A stretch of DNA of 64,000 bases from Camelus dromedarius (lineage: Eukaryota): positions 38,132,001 through 38,196,000 of the forward strand of contig NC_087447.1 in the NCBI RefSeq assembly GCF_036321535.1, given 5' to 3'. Shown here one piece after another: positions 52,813 to 64,000 of this stretch (the stretch's first letter is position 1; every line of letters starts with the position of its first letter). The position numbers and the translations under genes are program-made. The notes under the pieces were generated by a model that made no database searches, had not been told where the DNA came from, and saw only the letters and a program-made list of their open reading frames with translations.

Positions 52813-53095
52813 TATGTATTAAGTGATAAAAATGTCACAGAACAGATCCCATATATGTAAAAAGAGAAAGGAGGGGAGGATCACTATACATGTAAATTTA
52901 TACACACAAACATACACTTACATATGCTTGCATAAACACAGAAAATTTCTAGAAGGAAACAAGAACGTGTTATCAGTGTTGATCTCTGGGGAATAAGACT
53001 GCAGGGGTCAAGAACTTTTACTTTACATTTTATATCTTACTCTACTATTTAAACTGCTAACCACAAGCATGAATTGTTTATAATTTTTTAAAATT
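52515..53095 (+). mobile_element. Old L1ME-type 3' fragment with internal (CA)n at about 52776-52805
   Basis: gttgtggggcatataaactg...ttggcaa; atactaccattcagctgtaaagaac. Confidence 0.6.
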
Positions 53096-56000
53096 TGTGA
53101 CAATTTTTAAATACCAGAGGTGAACTAGCTGTCACAACTGAAAGTGAAATAAAAAGAATTATCATCTGCTAGGAATAGCATAAAACTAATATTTTTTTCC
53201 TATCCTAATTCTATTCTCCAATCTGGAAGGAGAAACTAGCAATTGTTGTGCACATATACATAGTAGGCACTAGCTATTGTTTTTCCAAATACTATCTTTC
53301 TAGTAATTATCAGTGGCACAAAATTTCCAGCTGGTTGACTAGAGCAAAGGATACCTGAGGCCTGTGGCCCTGAAACAGAAAAAAATCACCTACCAACACA
53401 ACAAAAGTTAAATTTACAAGGAAGAACTTAAATCAGTCTATCCCATCATAAAATCCATGATATTCAAGTAAATTATCAAGTTGAGTGAAGCAAAGAGTAC
53501 ATATTCCAGTGACTAAGAGATTAATACAATTCTTCAAAGTGGATAAATCCAAAATAGAAAATTACTAGCTGCATAGTTTGTACATTCTATATAAATATGA
53601 TAAGTTGATATCCTGTAAGAGTATTCACAAAACATGAGCCAAAATTAGTTGCATTCATATATGTCTATATCTATCAATCTATGCCTACATACATCTGTAT
53701 ATATGAATATATTTATGCAATTATATAATAAATACATATGTAATAGGCAGGAAGGATGCTGTGCACAAGTTTTCTCCTCCACTGCTTTCAAAACACATTT
53801 TCATACCTTGATATTTCACTAAAGAGAAGCCAGGAATCAGTCAGGACTGGTATATCCCCAGAGCCTACAAAATTAATGATTATTTCTTTTATTATAGTTC
53901 CAAATCCCCAGTAAAAACCTTCATGGATTTTTTTTGGTTTATTAAAAGCCACATTGTTAATTCCAACCACATGTTTTCCATCTTCTCTTTGCTAGTGGCA
54001 TGAAGGTTCACAGAGTCAGTAAGAAATGATTTCCAAGGCTCTACGTAAAAGATAGGTCCCTGCCTATTTTTACACCCCATCTTTTTATTACTCATCCAGT
54101 AAATCACTACTCTTTAGCAATATTCGTCTTTTTAAGTATTCAAATAAGGCAAGCTCATCAGGCCTAAGAAGCAGTTGCACTCCTCTTCCCACTAACCAGA
54201 AAATCCAACCCCAGGTCTTCATGAGACTGTCTCCTCATCTTTCAAGTCTCAGCCCAAATATCATCTTCTTACAAAGGACTTCTGTAGCCATCCAATTTAA
54301 ATTAGTCCCCCCAGGCACACCTGCCCTATCATCCTCTTTTATTTTCTTCTCAGGACTTACCACACTATCTGAGGTTATCTTGCCCCTTTATGTGTTGTCT
54401 TGTCCAATCACTCTTCCCCAGTATCTTCCCCAACAATGACTTCCATGACAGCAGGAATCTTAACTGTCTTGTTCACCCCAGCATCGGGTACATAGTAGGT
54501 ACACAATATGTATTCGCTAGATGATTGAATAAGGGAGAAATCAACCTCGTCACTACAGGCTGTCAGGTGTTTAAGAATAATCTAATATAGCATGCACCAA
54601 AATGCTAAAGTGTGTGGGTGTGTAAGAAAACGGCAATTACGTCTTTACAACTATTTTGAAATCTATGAAAACTCTGGCCAAAAACTCTAGGAATGAGTGA
54701 ATATTGCTCCTGTCTAAATGATTATTACATAAGCTTAACATGGTGTCAACAAATACAATTTAAAAATTCAACCACATAGATGATCTAAAATTTATAATAC
54801 ATATCTTTTTGTTTCTTTGAAAGTGTCCTATTACCAGTATTTTTCCTTTAAATACATTATATTGCTTAGTAACATATATATATTAAAATAGCTATAGTGA
54901 GATATAGAAGAAATTTTGCTTTGGATATGATCATGATGATGATATGCAAATATCTATTGAGTAGTTACTATGTGCCAGCACTTCAAATACATTAGTTCAT
55001 CTACTCCTTACGTTACCACTAGGAGTTGTGATACTATGACCATTACCATTTTACAAATGAGAAAATTGAGCAACAGAGAGCTTAAGTATTATGCAAGATC
55101 ACTCAGCAAAGTACAAATTTCAGTCTACCTTCTTAACTGAATTATAGATGCTAAGAAAATGTAATACTTTAAAAGATAAGTCAGTTTATTCAATCTTTTA
55201 GTGTTAGGTACTGTATAATATAGTCTAATTAAAACTATAGTTTAATTTTCCTTCATTCAACTCAAATTTCAAAAATTTACTTAAAGTGTGAGCCTAGATC
55301 AGTATACAAATTCAAATTGCACTGCCATCATCAAAAAGAAGGGAAGGAAGGGGAGAGGAAGAGCTGGGGGAGGAGAGAGAAAGGTAGGAGGAAAGAAGGT
55401 TATTGCTAGCAAGTATGATGCAAACTGTTTCCAAGGCAACTGCCAAAGTCCTGGAGTGCCTGATTCCACACTTCATCTGTTTACAGTCACTCCAACAGTG
55501 TAACAACACGGTCATTGCATCCAATTTTGTTCATCAGTAAATTCAACATGTACAAAACAGTATTTAACCTTTTTGTGCTTTAATAAGCTCATATGAAAAA
55601 AGATCTGAAACAGCTATCATCCACATATTTTTAAAAACAGTATGAAGTTTTTTCACCTTATTACTATATAAGTAATAAAAACATTCCCAGTAACACACAA
55701 CAGAATGTAACTGTAACATACACTTAACATTCACACTGTATCAACAGCATTCAATTAAAGATTAAAATATTTTATTTGTAAGTGAGCCATAACCATATAT
55801 ATTTTCTCCACAATAAATACTCCACATTCAACCATAAACACTGTAATTTAACCACTAACATGGATTTGAAGTCACAAAACAAAAACTAGAAGCTACAATT
55901 TCATCCCCCAAATTGTCTTTGCCTGTTTTATTCTGCACTATGTAAAACAAAGCTACAATTCCTAGTTTGTTTGTTTTTGTTTTGTTTTGAGGGGGGATGC

Positions 56001-57729
56001 CCTATAGTAAAGACTACACAAACACACACACACCAAGTTAACAAGAGCAGTTACAATCCTTCCTGAAATGTAATTTTGATTCTAGAATTGTACTTTACTA
56101 TAATACAAACTAAAGTGTCAGTGTACACCTATAATAGTAAACTAATGAAAGCTTATAAAAAGGGCACATAATTATATACTATAATACCTGGACAAGAATA
56201 TAAGATTGCCCAATCCAGTGTTACTTTTCTTAAAATCAAATTTATTGAAGTAAAATTTATATAGAACAATTTAAAATGTAAAGTTTGATGATTTTTGACA
56301 AATACTGTACAACTGTAAATTGTAACTCAAAGTTTCTTAATCACTATCTATATATCAGAATTATCTAGGCACATCAAAGTAAAACCCAAGCTTAGACCCT
56401 CATCCCAAACCAATCAAATCAGCACGTTCTACTACGAAGTCATGTTTCAGAAAAGCAGGTTTAACCTTCTGGAAAAACTATTGCCATTAAAATTACAGAT
56501 GTCTGAGACTACAGAGAACTTTTTGGTCATAAATATTGCAGGTGTCTAACTAGAAACTAGGCTATCCATTTTAAAAATTAGTTTCCACTTGTTAGACCTA
56601 CAGACCTAATATCTGAGTAAGATCCAAGTTAAATATCAGGTCACCTGGTCATCATGCCAAACTTAAAATAGAAGAAATTTGGAACATTTTCAACAGGGAG
56701 GAAGAAAAACCCAGTAGAAAAAGCTTTCGATTTAGAAATCTACATCCCGCTAAACTATCATTCAAGAGCAAGAATTAAACAAAGAAACTTCCAGACACAC
56801 AAAAAGAGCTTACACTAGCTACCCTAACGGAAAGAATTAATTTTTAAATGTACTTTAGCAAGAAAAATATTAAAACAGAAGGAGGGAGTGTGACACACAC
56901 ACATAAAAATATAACTAGGCCCAAACTGAGTAGTTCAAACAAGCACTTAAACAACTGACCCCGAGTTTGTACAAAGTAGTTCAGATAACAGAATAAAAAG
57001 TAACACTCACCAACTTTTTTCTTAAATCCAGTGTTACTTGACATCAAAACCAAAGGGGAATACATGTTACAAGAAAAGAACATTAAACGCCAAAATGTCT
57101 TATACAAATAGACACAGAATTCTCAATAAAATATGAGCAAGCTAAACACAGCAAAGTGGAGGAGAAAAAAACATATAATTTCAGCAACCCTGATATTAAT
57201 GAGTGGTGGTAAGTCTCCTAAAATTTAATCAAATAAAAGATACTGACATTAAAAAAAGAAGGAAAATGAAAGAAAAGAAGAAAGCAACACATCAAGGCCT
57301 AGTTGGGTTTACACTAGTATTACCAGAATTGCAAGGATATGTTTCTTTATACTTTTTCATACGTTTGAAACTCTATATAACATAATTTTTCTTAAGCTCC
57401 AAAGGGGTAGTAATTTGCAGATCAACATAGATTGAAACCTAAATGCCTACAGTAAGGAAAAGAATAGGAAGTCAATTTACCCCACAGAACCCTCCAAAGA
57501 CTTAGAACTTGAAGATACCAATTGCCATAAAATGCTGGGGTAAGATTTCTCATTAAAATCTCATGACTTTGACTGAAAACCTACATATTTATACTGATAA
57601 GAGACTACCTCCACCATAGTAGTCAGACAAGTGAGTACTCTCAGACTGGCAGACCAGAATTTTGGTCTCCTGAGAAATTCTAGAGACTGGAGATCTAGAG
57701 AAATTCTGCACTTGATGTTAGCAGGTACC

Positions 57730-58255
57730 TGGTAGAAAATAGAGGTGAGATAGACTGATGCAGGCCAGAGGTAACAGGGAGTTAACAATGCTAGGAGCAA
57801 CCTTTAACCAATAAGGGACAGATGTTGGTAGATAAAAAACCCAGCTTTCCCTCACCTCAGTGAGACAATTCTGCAGTATGTTCTAAACCAGTGTGGAAAT
57901 ATTCGATATTTGCACTGATCTATATGGTAGCCACTAGCTGCAAGTGGCTATTGAGCACTTGAGATATAGTTACTGTGACTAAAAACTGAATATTACACTT
58001 TATTTAATTTAATTCAAATTTAAATGACAATATGTGGTAGTATTGGACAACACAGAGTCTCTCTGAGGGTCTCTAGTAATATTGAACCCCAGCAGCCCAC
58101 AGCGGTAATCCATTCAATCAATACACCCTCTACTAGTTTTCCTCTCATCCTGTCTCACTTCCCTATTTTCTCATTTTAATTCCTGGAGTCATCTCCCAAA
58201 TTAACCAAAGGCAGAGTATCTTAGAGCCTGCTTTTTAGAGAACCAAGACTCTAAG
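57730..58255 (+). mobile_element. LTR16-like ERVL LTR interrupted by a MER3/MER33-like MITE (about 57889-58053)
   Basis: ggagttaac...caacctttaaccaataagggac and gcccacagcggtaatcc motifs on either side of gtggctattgagcacttgaga. Confidence 0.7.
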
Positions 58256-58289
58256 GACCTGATGAAAAATCTCCAATAGAAAGGCAAAG

Positions 58290-59270
58290 ACTAAAATGAG
58301 CTACAAGAAACAGAAAAAAAAATCAATAAACTATTAATAATAATCTCAGAGAGATAAGCACAGATATTCCATCCATGAAACAAAAACATAGTATTAAAGT
58401 GGGAACAGAGAACAGAAAGCCCTCAGAGAAATTAAAACTATAGTAACAAAAATGTCATAATTCAGTAGAAGGGTAAGAAGATGAAGTGAAGGCAACTAGA
58501 AAAATAAAACAAAAATCCTAAGAGATGGACTTCGGGAGAAAAAAAGATTGAAAAAAATCAGACAATTAATGTAAGAGATAAGATGTCAAAATAGGAGATA
58601 CAATGCGCCAATTAATAGTGAGTCCAGAAAGAAAGAACTGAAAAGAGGAAAAATAAGTAATTATTAAAAACTAGGAAATTTCCCCAAAATTAAAAGATAC
58701 AAATCTCCTAAATAAAAAAGCTCATCAAATATTAGAACATGATTGAAAAAAGACATATACTAAGGCACAACATCATGAAATCTGTGAACAGCAAGATAAA
58801 GAAAATCCTAAAAGCTTCCAGAGAGAAATCAGATTAGCTCCAGACTTTTTTAACAGTAACAATGGATGCTAAAAAAAAAAAAAAAAAGAAAAAAGTGGAC
58901 TTAGTTCAACAGTAAACAATATCTTCATAATCAAAAAATGTAAATACCAAAAATAGATTTTTAAATTATGACACAGCTAGAGGAGAACAGAAGAAGAGTA
59001 AAAGGGAAGGATTCTAAGAGACCTTAATTCTCAATAACATACAAGAATTCCTTAAGCCAAGAAATTTGCAGAAGAGGCATATTATCTTAAATTATGTAGA
59101 TAAATACCATAAGAAACAGTGAAAAGAATTAGGAGTGATTATATCTGGGAAGCAGGACTGTAGAGTGGGGAAGAACTAGAAAGGGAATTGCAATTTTTCA
59201 CTTTAATCTTTTAGTACTATTTGATTTTTAACTATGTGTATGTATTACTTTGAAATAAATAAAAATGTAT
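58290..59270 (+). mobile_element. Degraded L1ME/HAL1-like fragments
   Basis: ORF1-like remnants (catcatgaaat...gataaagaaaatcctaaaagcttccagagagaaa) and an old 3' end. Confidence 0.55.
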
Positions 59271-62157
59271 TACAAAAAAGGAACAGAAATTTTATGCTAA
59301 AATTGTTCAAGCTTTTGGAACAATTTTTGATTATCAGTTGTAGAGAGATAGTGTAAGTAATTGGAATCCAAAGATAATTGCAATAAAGATAATATTTACT
59401 AATTTTAGGCATCTCATTCAATAAAACTTGAGAAAATGCTAACATAGTTAAACCTATTCATTCCTGCTGATGGAAGAGACCTAGAATATGAATAAATCCA
59501 TTTATTTTTGCCTTTAAAATACACAAAATAAAATTTGTTAGGAAGATTAGGCTCTGTATGTAGGGAAGGTTAAGCTCTATATGTTTTACAAAGTTAATGT
59601 TAAAATTGGTTACTATCACTTGAGTACAAATCAATGAGCGGATATCATAGAAATATTATGCATGTAATCGGCATTTAGATTTGTTAACTAAATGATCAAA
59701 GGAGATACTCCAAACAGGGCTCCCAAAAATAAGGAAAAGGCAGTAAAATATAAAATTTACCACGGATAATAGGCAAGTAGTAACTGATAACTAAATATAT
59801 ATTTCATCACTTTCACTTTCATCTTTTCTCTTCCAGCTAAACTTTTGCCCTTCACTGTGTCAGGTTCCCATAAAATGACTGAACCGTGTATAAAAGACAG
59901 AAAAGGAAATAATGACATCAAAATATTTACAATAGGAGAATAAATTCACTTGTTAGGAGACCTTGCCTGAAACAATATCACATGAGTATTACAAGTGCGA
60001 ACACAGAGAGGTAAAAAGAGAAAACTACATTTGGAGGGAGAACATCATCTGGAATACTAGTAATTTTTCTTTTTATCCAACAAATATTTTAAGAAATAAT
60101 ACCCTAAAAATGGGGAAAACCGGCAAACCTTTTCTATGAAAGTTTTTAAAGTACTGTACTATGATATTAATCTTAGGCAAAAAATTATAGTTGTCGGTTC
60201 ATAAGTAACTCAATGTTAAAATGTTAAAGTATTCCTTTCTAAATACTTATTTTTGACAGCTTATCTTGAAAATTTAATTTTTTTCTGTTTCACAATTATT
60301 AAAATCAATCAACTTCCTTCTTCTATCTCAGAATTTTAATACAACTTCTAGACCAATTGTTTCCAATTCTGTTAATACATAGAACCTCCAAACTTAAACT
60401 TTTATTATTCAGCACAAAAAATTAACTATCAAGTCTATTCATGTCTGTCTTTATATACATACCAAAATGAAATCCTTAATTCTCATACTAATAGTTAACC
60501 TTACTAAATATTAGAGTCCATATATTAACCAATTAGACCTATAGATTAGCAAGAGAATAAGATCTACTATTACCAGCAGAACTAAAGAAAAAAAAAGACC
60601 AGTGAGCCAATATCTTAACTCCAATTTTTAAGGTGACCAAGGCTTTTCTCCCCCTACTGATTGTGACTAAGAGCAACACTTGCTTTGCTTTCATTTGTGT
60701 ACCTAGGAGCACCTGTCACAAAACGTAACAGAACCTCCATCAAATTTTATTGAGTGAAAGACTAAATAAATTGTTTTTCTCAATAATATATATTCCTTTA
60801 AATTAAATTTTGTGCCTCCATTGTTGGAGGCATCAATAATTAATAAAAGGTTTTAGAAACCAATAAATACTATATCTGTCAACAAAACAATCCCATTAAA
60901 ATATCAATATCACAAGTACTGAAAGGATTAAATGATCTCTTGGAAAAGTTTCCAGCTCTAAAAAACCCTGAGATTTTATTAACACAAAACATTTTTCTCC
61001 TAAAAAGAATGGCCTCCTCTAATATTCTTTTGTAGGCTTCACTAAATACTACTTTATGCTTTAAAATTGAGAAGATGTTTCAAAGGGAGCCAGACTTTCT
61101 AATTAAGTTAACTGGAAACAAGAAAAGCTTATTGAGGCTTTCATAGGAAGAGAATAAAATAATGGCATTGACACAGTATAAATTTTACAGACTAAATAAC
61201 ATTATAACTTGCTGAAAAATCATAAAAGAATCAAACATTTCTAATACAATTCTAAAAATAAATGTAAATAGCTATAGTTTGATAAGTCAATAGTAAATAA
61301 TTGTTTGAAAACCTGAACTCTTTAATGATCAACAAACAAGTACACCTTTTCATGTATTTTGTTATTACTTAGGGAAAAAAAGACACTTCTACATGAAATA
61401 AAGGTTAACTCTGTTTTTATAAGGAAGGTTTTCTGTTGAGAACGCTTGAATTAGGAGGGGAATAAAGTACTAGATAAGTCTTTTTTTTAAGGTATGTATT
61501 TTCCTTAAAATCCTTTTATGAATGCCATGACTTAAAACATGAATCTGTAAAGGCAAGTAAAATCAAAGTTTTATTTTCTTGAACTTTACTGTACTAGATA
61601 AATCTTAAAGAATGACATTTTATTTCCCTTGTATGAAGTTTTTTCCCCTATCCTTGGTCCTGTCAGTATAGGATGAGCTGGCTCTCTGAACTTATCATAT
61701 GCTAGGAAATATCTTAACTCCTACAAAGCCAAAGAATTTTTGCCAGGACTATGTGGATTTGGAAAAAGAGGAATTCCAGTAAATTCCAAGTAACCATTTG
61801 TTACCACAGAGAAACAAAACTGATTTGTTCAATTTTGGAATGGATGGGCTTTTCATTGGACAGAGCCATCAGAGAATTATAAAGCTTAGCTGCTTTAAGC
61901 TACAACTCTCACAAGCAGCTAAGCAGCAGTCATCAAGAGTGTGATTCTTAGACTGGCAGAAAGTAAGTTTTCAAAAGAAGTTCTCTCAGCTTTCAAAAGA
62001 ATAATTTCTGGTATTTCTTAAGACCTCCATATGACCACTTGGTCAGTCACTTTCCTCCATGTACATTATATCCATCACAGGCTTTGAAGTTAGACAGACT
62101 GGTTTTTATTTTCAGATCAGTAACTACCAGCTGTCTAATCCTGCAAGTTAAGCATCC

Positions 62158-62797
62158 TGGAATACTACTGAGCCATAAAAAAGAATAAACTACTGCCATT
62201 TGTGACATGGATGGATCTTGAAGACATTATGCTAAGTGAAGTAAGTCAGACAGATAAATACAAATACCTCAAAACCAAGCTCACAGATACAGAAAACAGA
62301 CTGGTGGTTGCCAGAGATGGATGTGGGAGTGCACAAAATGGGTGAAGGAGGTCAAAAGGTACAAAGTTCCAGCTATAAAATGAAAGTCATGGGGATGCAA
62401 TGTCCAGAATAATGACTATAGTTAATAATACTGTACTGCAGGGGGGAGGGTATAGCTCAGTGGGTAGAATACATGCCTAGCATGCACAAGGTCCTTGGTT
62501 CAATCCCCAGTACCTCTATCAATAAAATAAACAAGTAAACCTAATTACTGCAAAAAAAAAAAAAAAAAACCTTAAAAAATAATAATACTGTACTGCATAT
62601 TTGAACGTTGCTAAGAGTAAATCTTAAAAGTCCTCATCACAAGAAAAGGCAAATTTTGGGGTAACTATGATGGTGACAGATGTTAACTAAACTTACTGTA
62701 GTGATCATTTTGCAGTATATACAAATATCGAATCATATGATGTCCATCTGAAACTAATATAATGTTATCTATCAGTTAAAACTCAATTTTAAAAAAA
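62158..62797 (+). mobile_element. L1MA-type 3' end, split by a SINE
   Basis: ggaatactactgagccataaaaaagaat...ctcatcacaagaaaa...aaactcaattttaaaaaaa. Confidence 0.9.
62441..62579 (+). mobile_element. Vic-1-like tRNA-Ala SINE, 18-bp TSD
   Basis: ggggggagggtatagctcagtgggtagaa...ggttcaatccccagtacctc plus A-tail. TSD taataatactgtactgca at 62423-62440 and 62580-62597. Confidence 0.93.
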
Positions 62798-63282
62798 CTA
62801 CTGAATTATGTAGGGATGGATGTTTCCTCTTCACTGAATCTACTGTTTAGTGCACGTCTATGTCCTGATCCCATTTCCTTACCCTTCTGCTCGAGTCACT
62901 ATATCTGCTTTGCTTTAACTTCTCTTGCTATTATCTTTAATTTTTTCTTTTTGTGGCATATATATATATATGTCTTCTTTCTATATAGCATATTTAGACA
63001 TGCATCTATCTTTGAAGTAGATACACACATATACAAAAAACTTGCCTGGAACTTGCTTTCCCCTCCAAAATACTGCTCTCTGACTTCACTATCACTTTCT
63101 TCAAAAAGTATACAACTGCCACTCCCCACTCCCAATTCACATGATCATTGATAATGACCTTTATCACCAAATCAAACTGCCTTCCCTACTACCTCAATGC
63201 ATCATTTAAAACAAAACACATCTTCCATCTTTAAATTGTATTCTCTTGACTTCCATGATTCTGTGCCTCCCAAGTTTTGTTA

Positions 63283-63885
63283 GGCCTGAACTTTAAACAA
63301 TTTATGGGAACCTCTTTAAGAAAAAAAGCAAAATTACAAATAAAAAATTAAGTGTAAAGGTGAATACCTGTCCAGGATGACGGTGAAAAAAAATCACATT
63401 ACAAGTATCACAAAAATCCAGTAAAATATCATAGTAATTCTAACAGTAAACTCCTTGGCACACTTGTAAAATACTTTTTCTATGTTTTACTTGCATATCT
63501 TTTATGATCACCTCTTCACATGACAATGATACATAAGATTCTCTATAAAGAGATTTAAAAAGCTTTCTAAAGACCAAATCATTATTCACATTTTAGAAAA
63601 TATTCTTTTAAGTTCACAAACTGTCATTGGCTATGTCATATAAAATTTTAGTATTGTTGTCAAATTTGGGGAAACTTTACCTTTGTTTCTTTCATTTATA
63701 AGCTACCAGATTCAGAAAAATTTTCCCCAGACTAGCTTCCGGCTCTGTGTATTTCAAATTGTGTTTTTCTTACCCTACCCACATACTTCTAGTGCCAGGT
63801 TCTGTAGGACATGTCCATATCATCTATGATCTCTGTTCTTGCATCTTTTTGTCATGATGCTGAGTCAACACAATGGGTAACAAGA
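63283..63885. mobile_element. Zaphod-like hAT-Tip100 DNA transposon fragment
   Basis: ggcctgaactttaaacaatttatgggaacctctttaagaaaaaaagcaaaattacaaataaaaaattaag resembles Zaphod. Confidence 0.6.
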
Positions 63886-63888
63886 GTA

Positions 63889-64000
63889 CAGCTGACCCTT
63901 GAACAACCAGGGGGGTTAAGGGTCCCAACCCTCTACATAGGCAGTCCCTTCACATCTGTGGTTCCATGTCCATGGATTCAACCAACCTCAGACAATATAG
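63889..64000. mobile_element. Tigger2-derived MITE, cut by the window end
   Basis: TA followed by cagctgacccttgaacaac; shares ggattcaaccaacc with the 3005-3240 copy. Confidence 0.8.

Noticed and set aside
60813..60832. Hairpin tgcctcca-ttgt-tggaggca
   Set aside because: An 8-bp stem is expected by chance in 64 kb and is too short for a pre-miRNA.
62441..62520. tRNA-Ala gene
   Set aside because: Mismatched stems, unrelated 3' tail, poly(A) and TSD show it is a SINE.

Overview
AT-rich, repeat-rich mammalian genomic DNA, most likely a camelid (alpaca, llama or camel), judged from four tRNA-Ala-derived Vic-1-type SINEs. The whole window lies inside PDE3B (cGMP-inhibited cAMP phosphodiesterase 3B) on the minus strand. 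Three coding exons are visible with canonical AG/GT ends and continuous frame: exon 2 (9565-9615), exon 3 (5746-5994) and exon 4 (2767-2909). Positions 9616-64000 are part of the very large first intron and 1-2766 is intron 4. The rest is transposable elements (L1, L2, CR1/L3, MIR, ERVL/MaLR LTRs, hAT and Tigger MITEs, lineage SINEs) and microsatellites. Almost all ORFs in the supplied track are spurious. I cannot establish a new biological system. The best leads are: (1) an L1-mobilised, polyadenylated copy of an ERV1 LTR R-region with an 18-bp TSD beside exon 3; (2) an exon 2-4 circle that would encode a once-around 148-aa ORF whose stop overlaps its own start; (3) a divergent pair of CTCF-like motifs bracketing exons 2-4; (4) two full CRE palindromes in intron 1; (5) an inverted pair of young L1 3' ends. 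Repeat subfamily names and human comparisons come from memory and need RepeatMasker/BLAST confirmation. Boundaries of old repeats are approximate.
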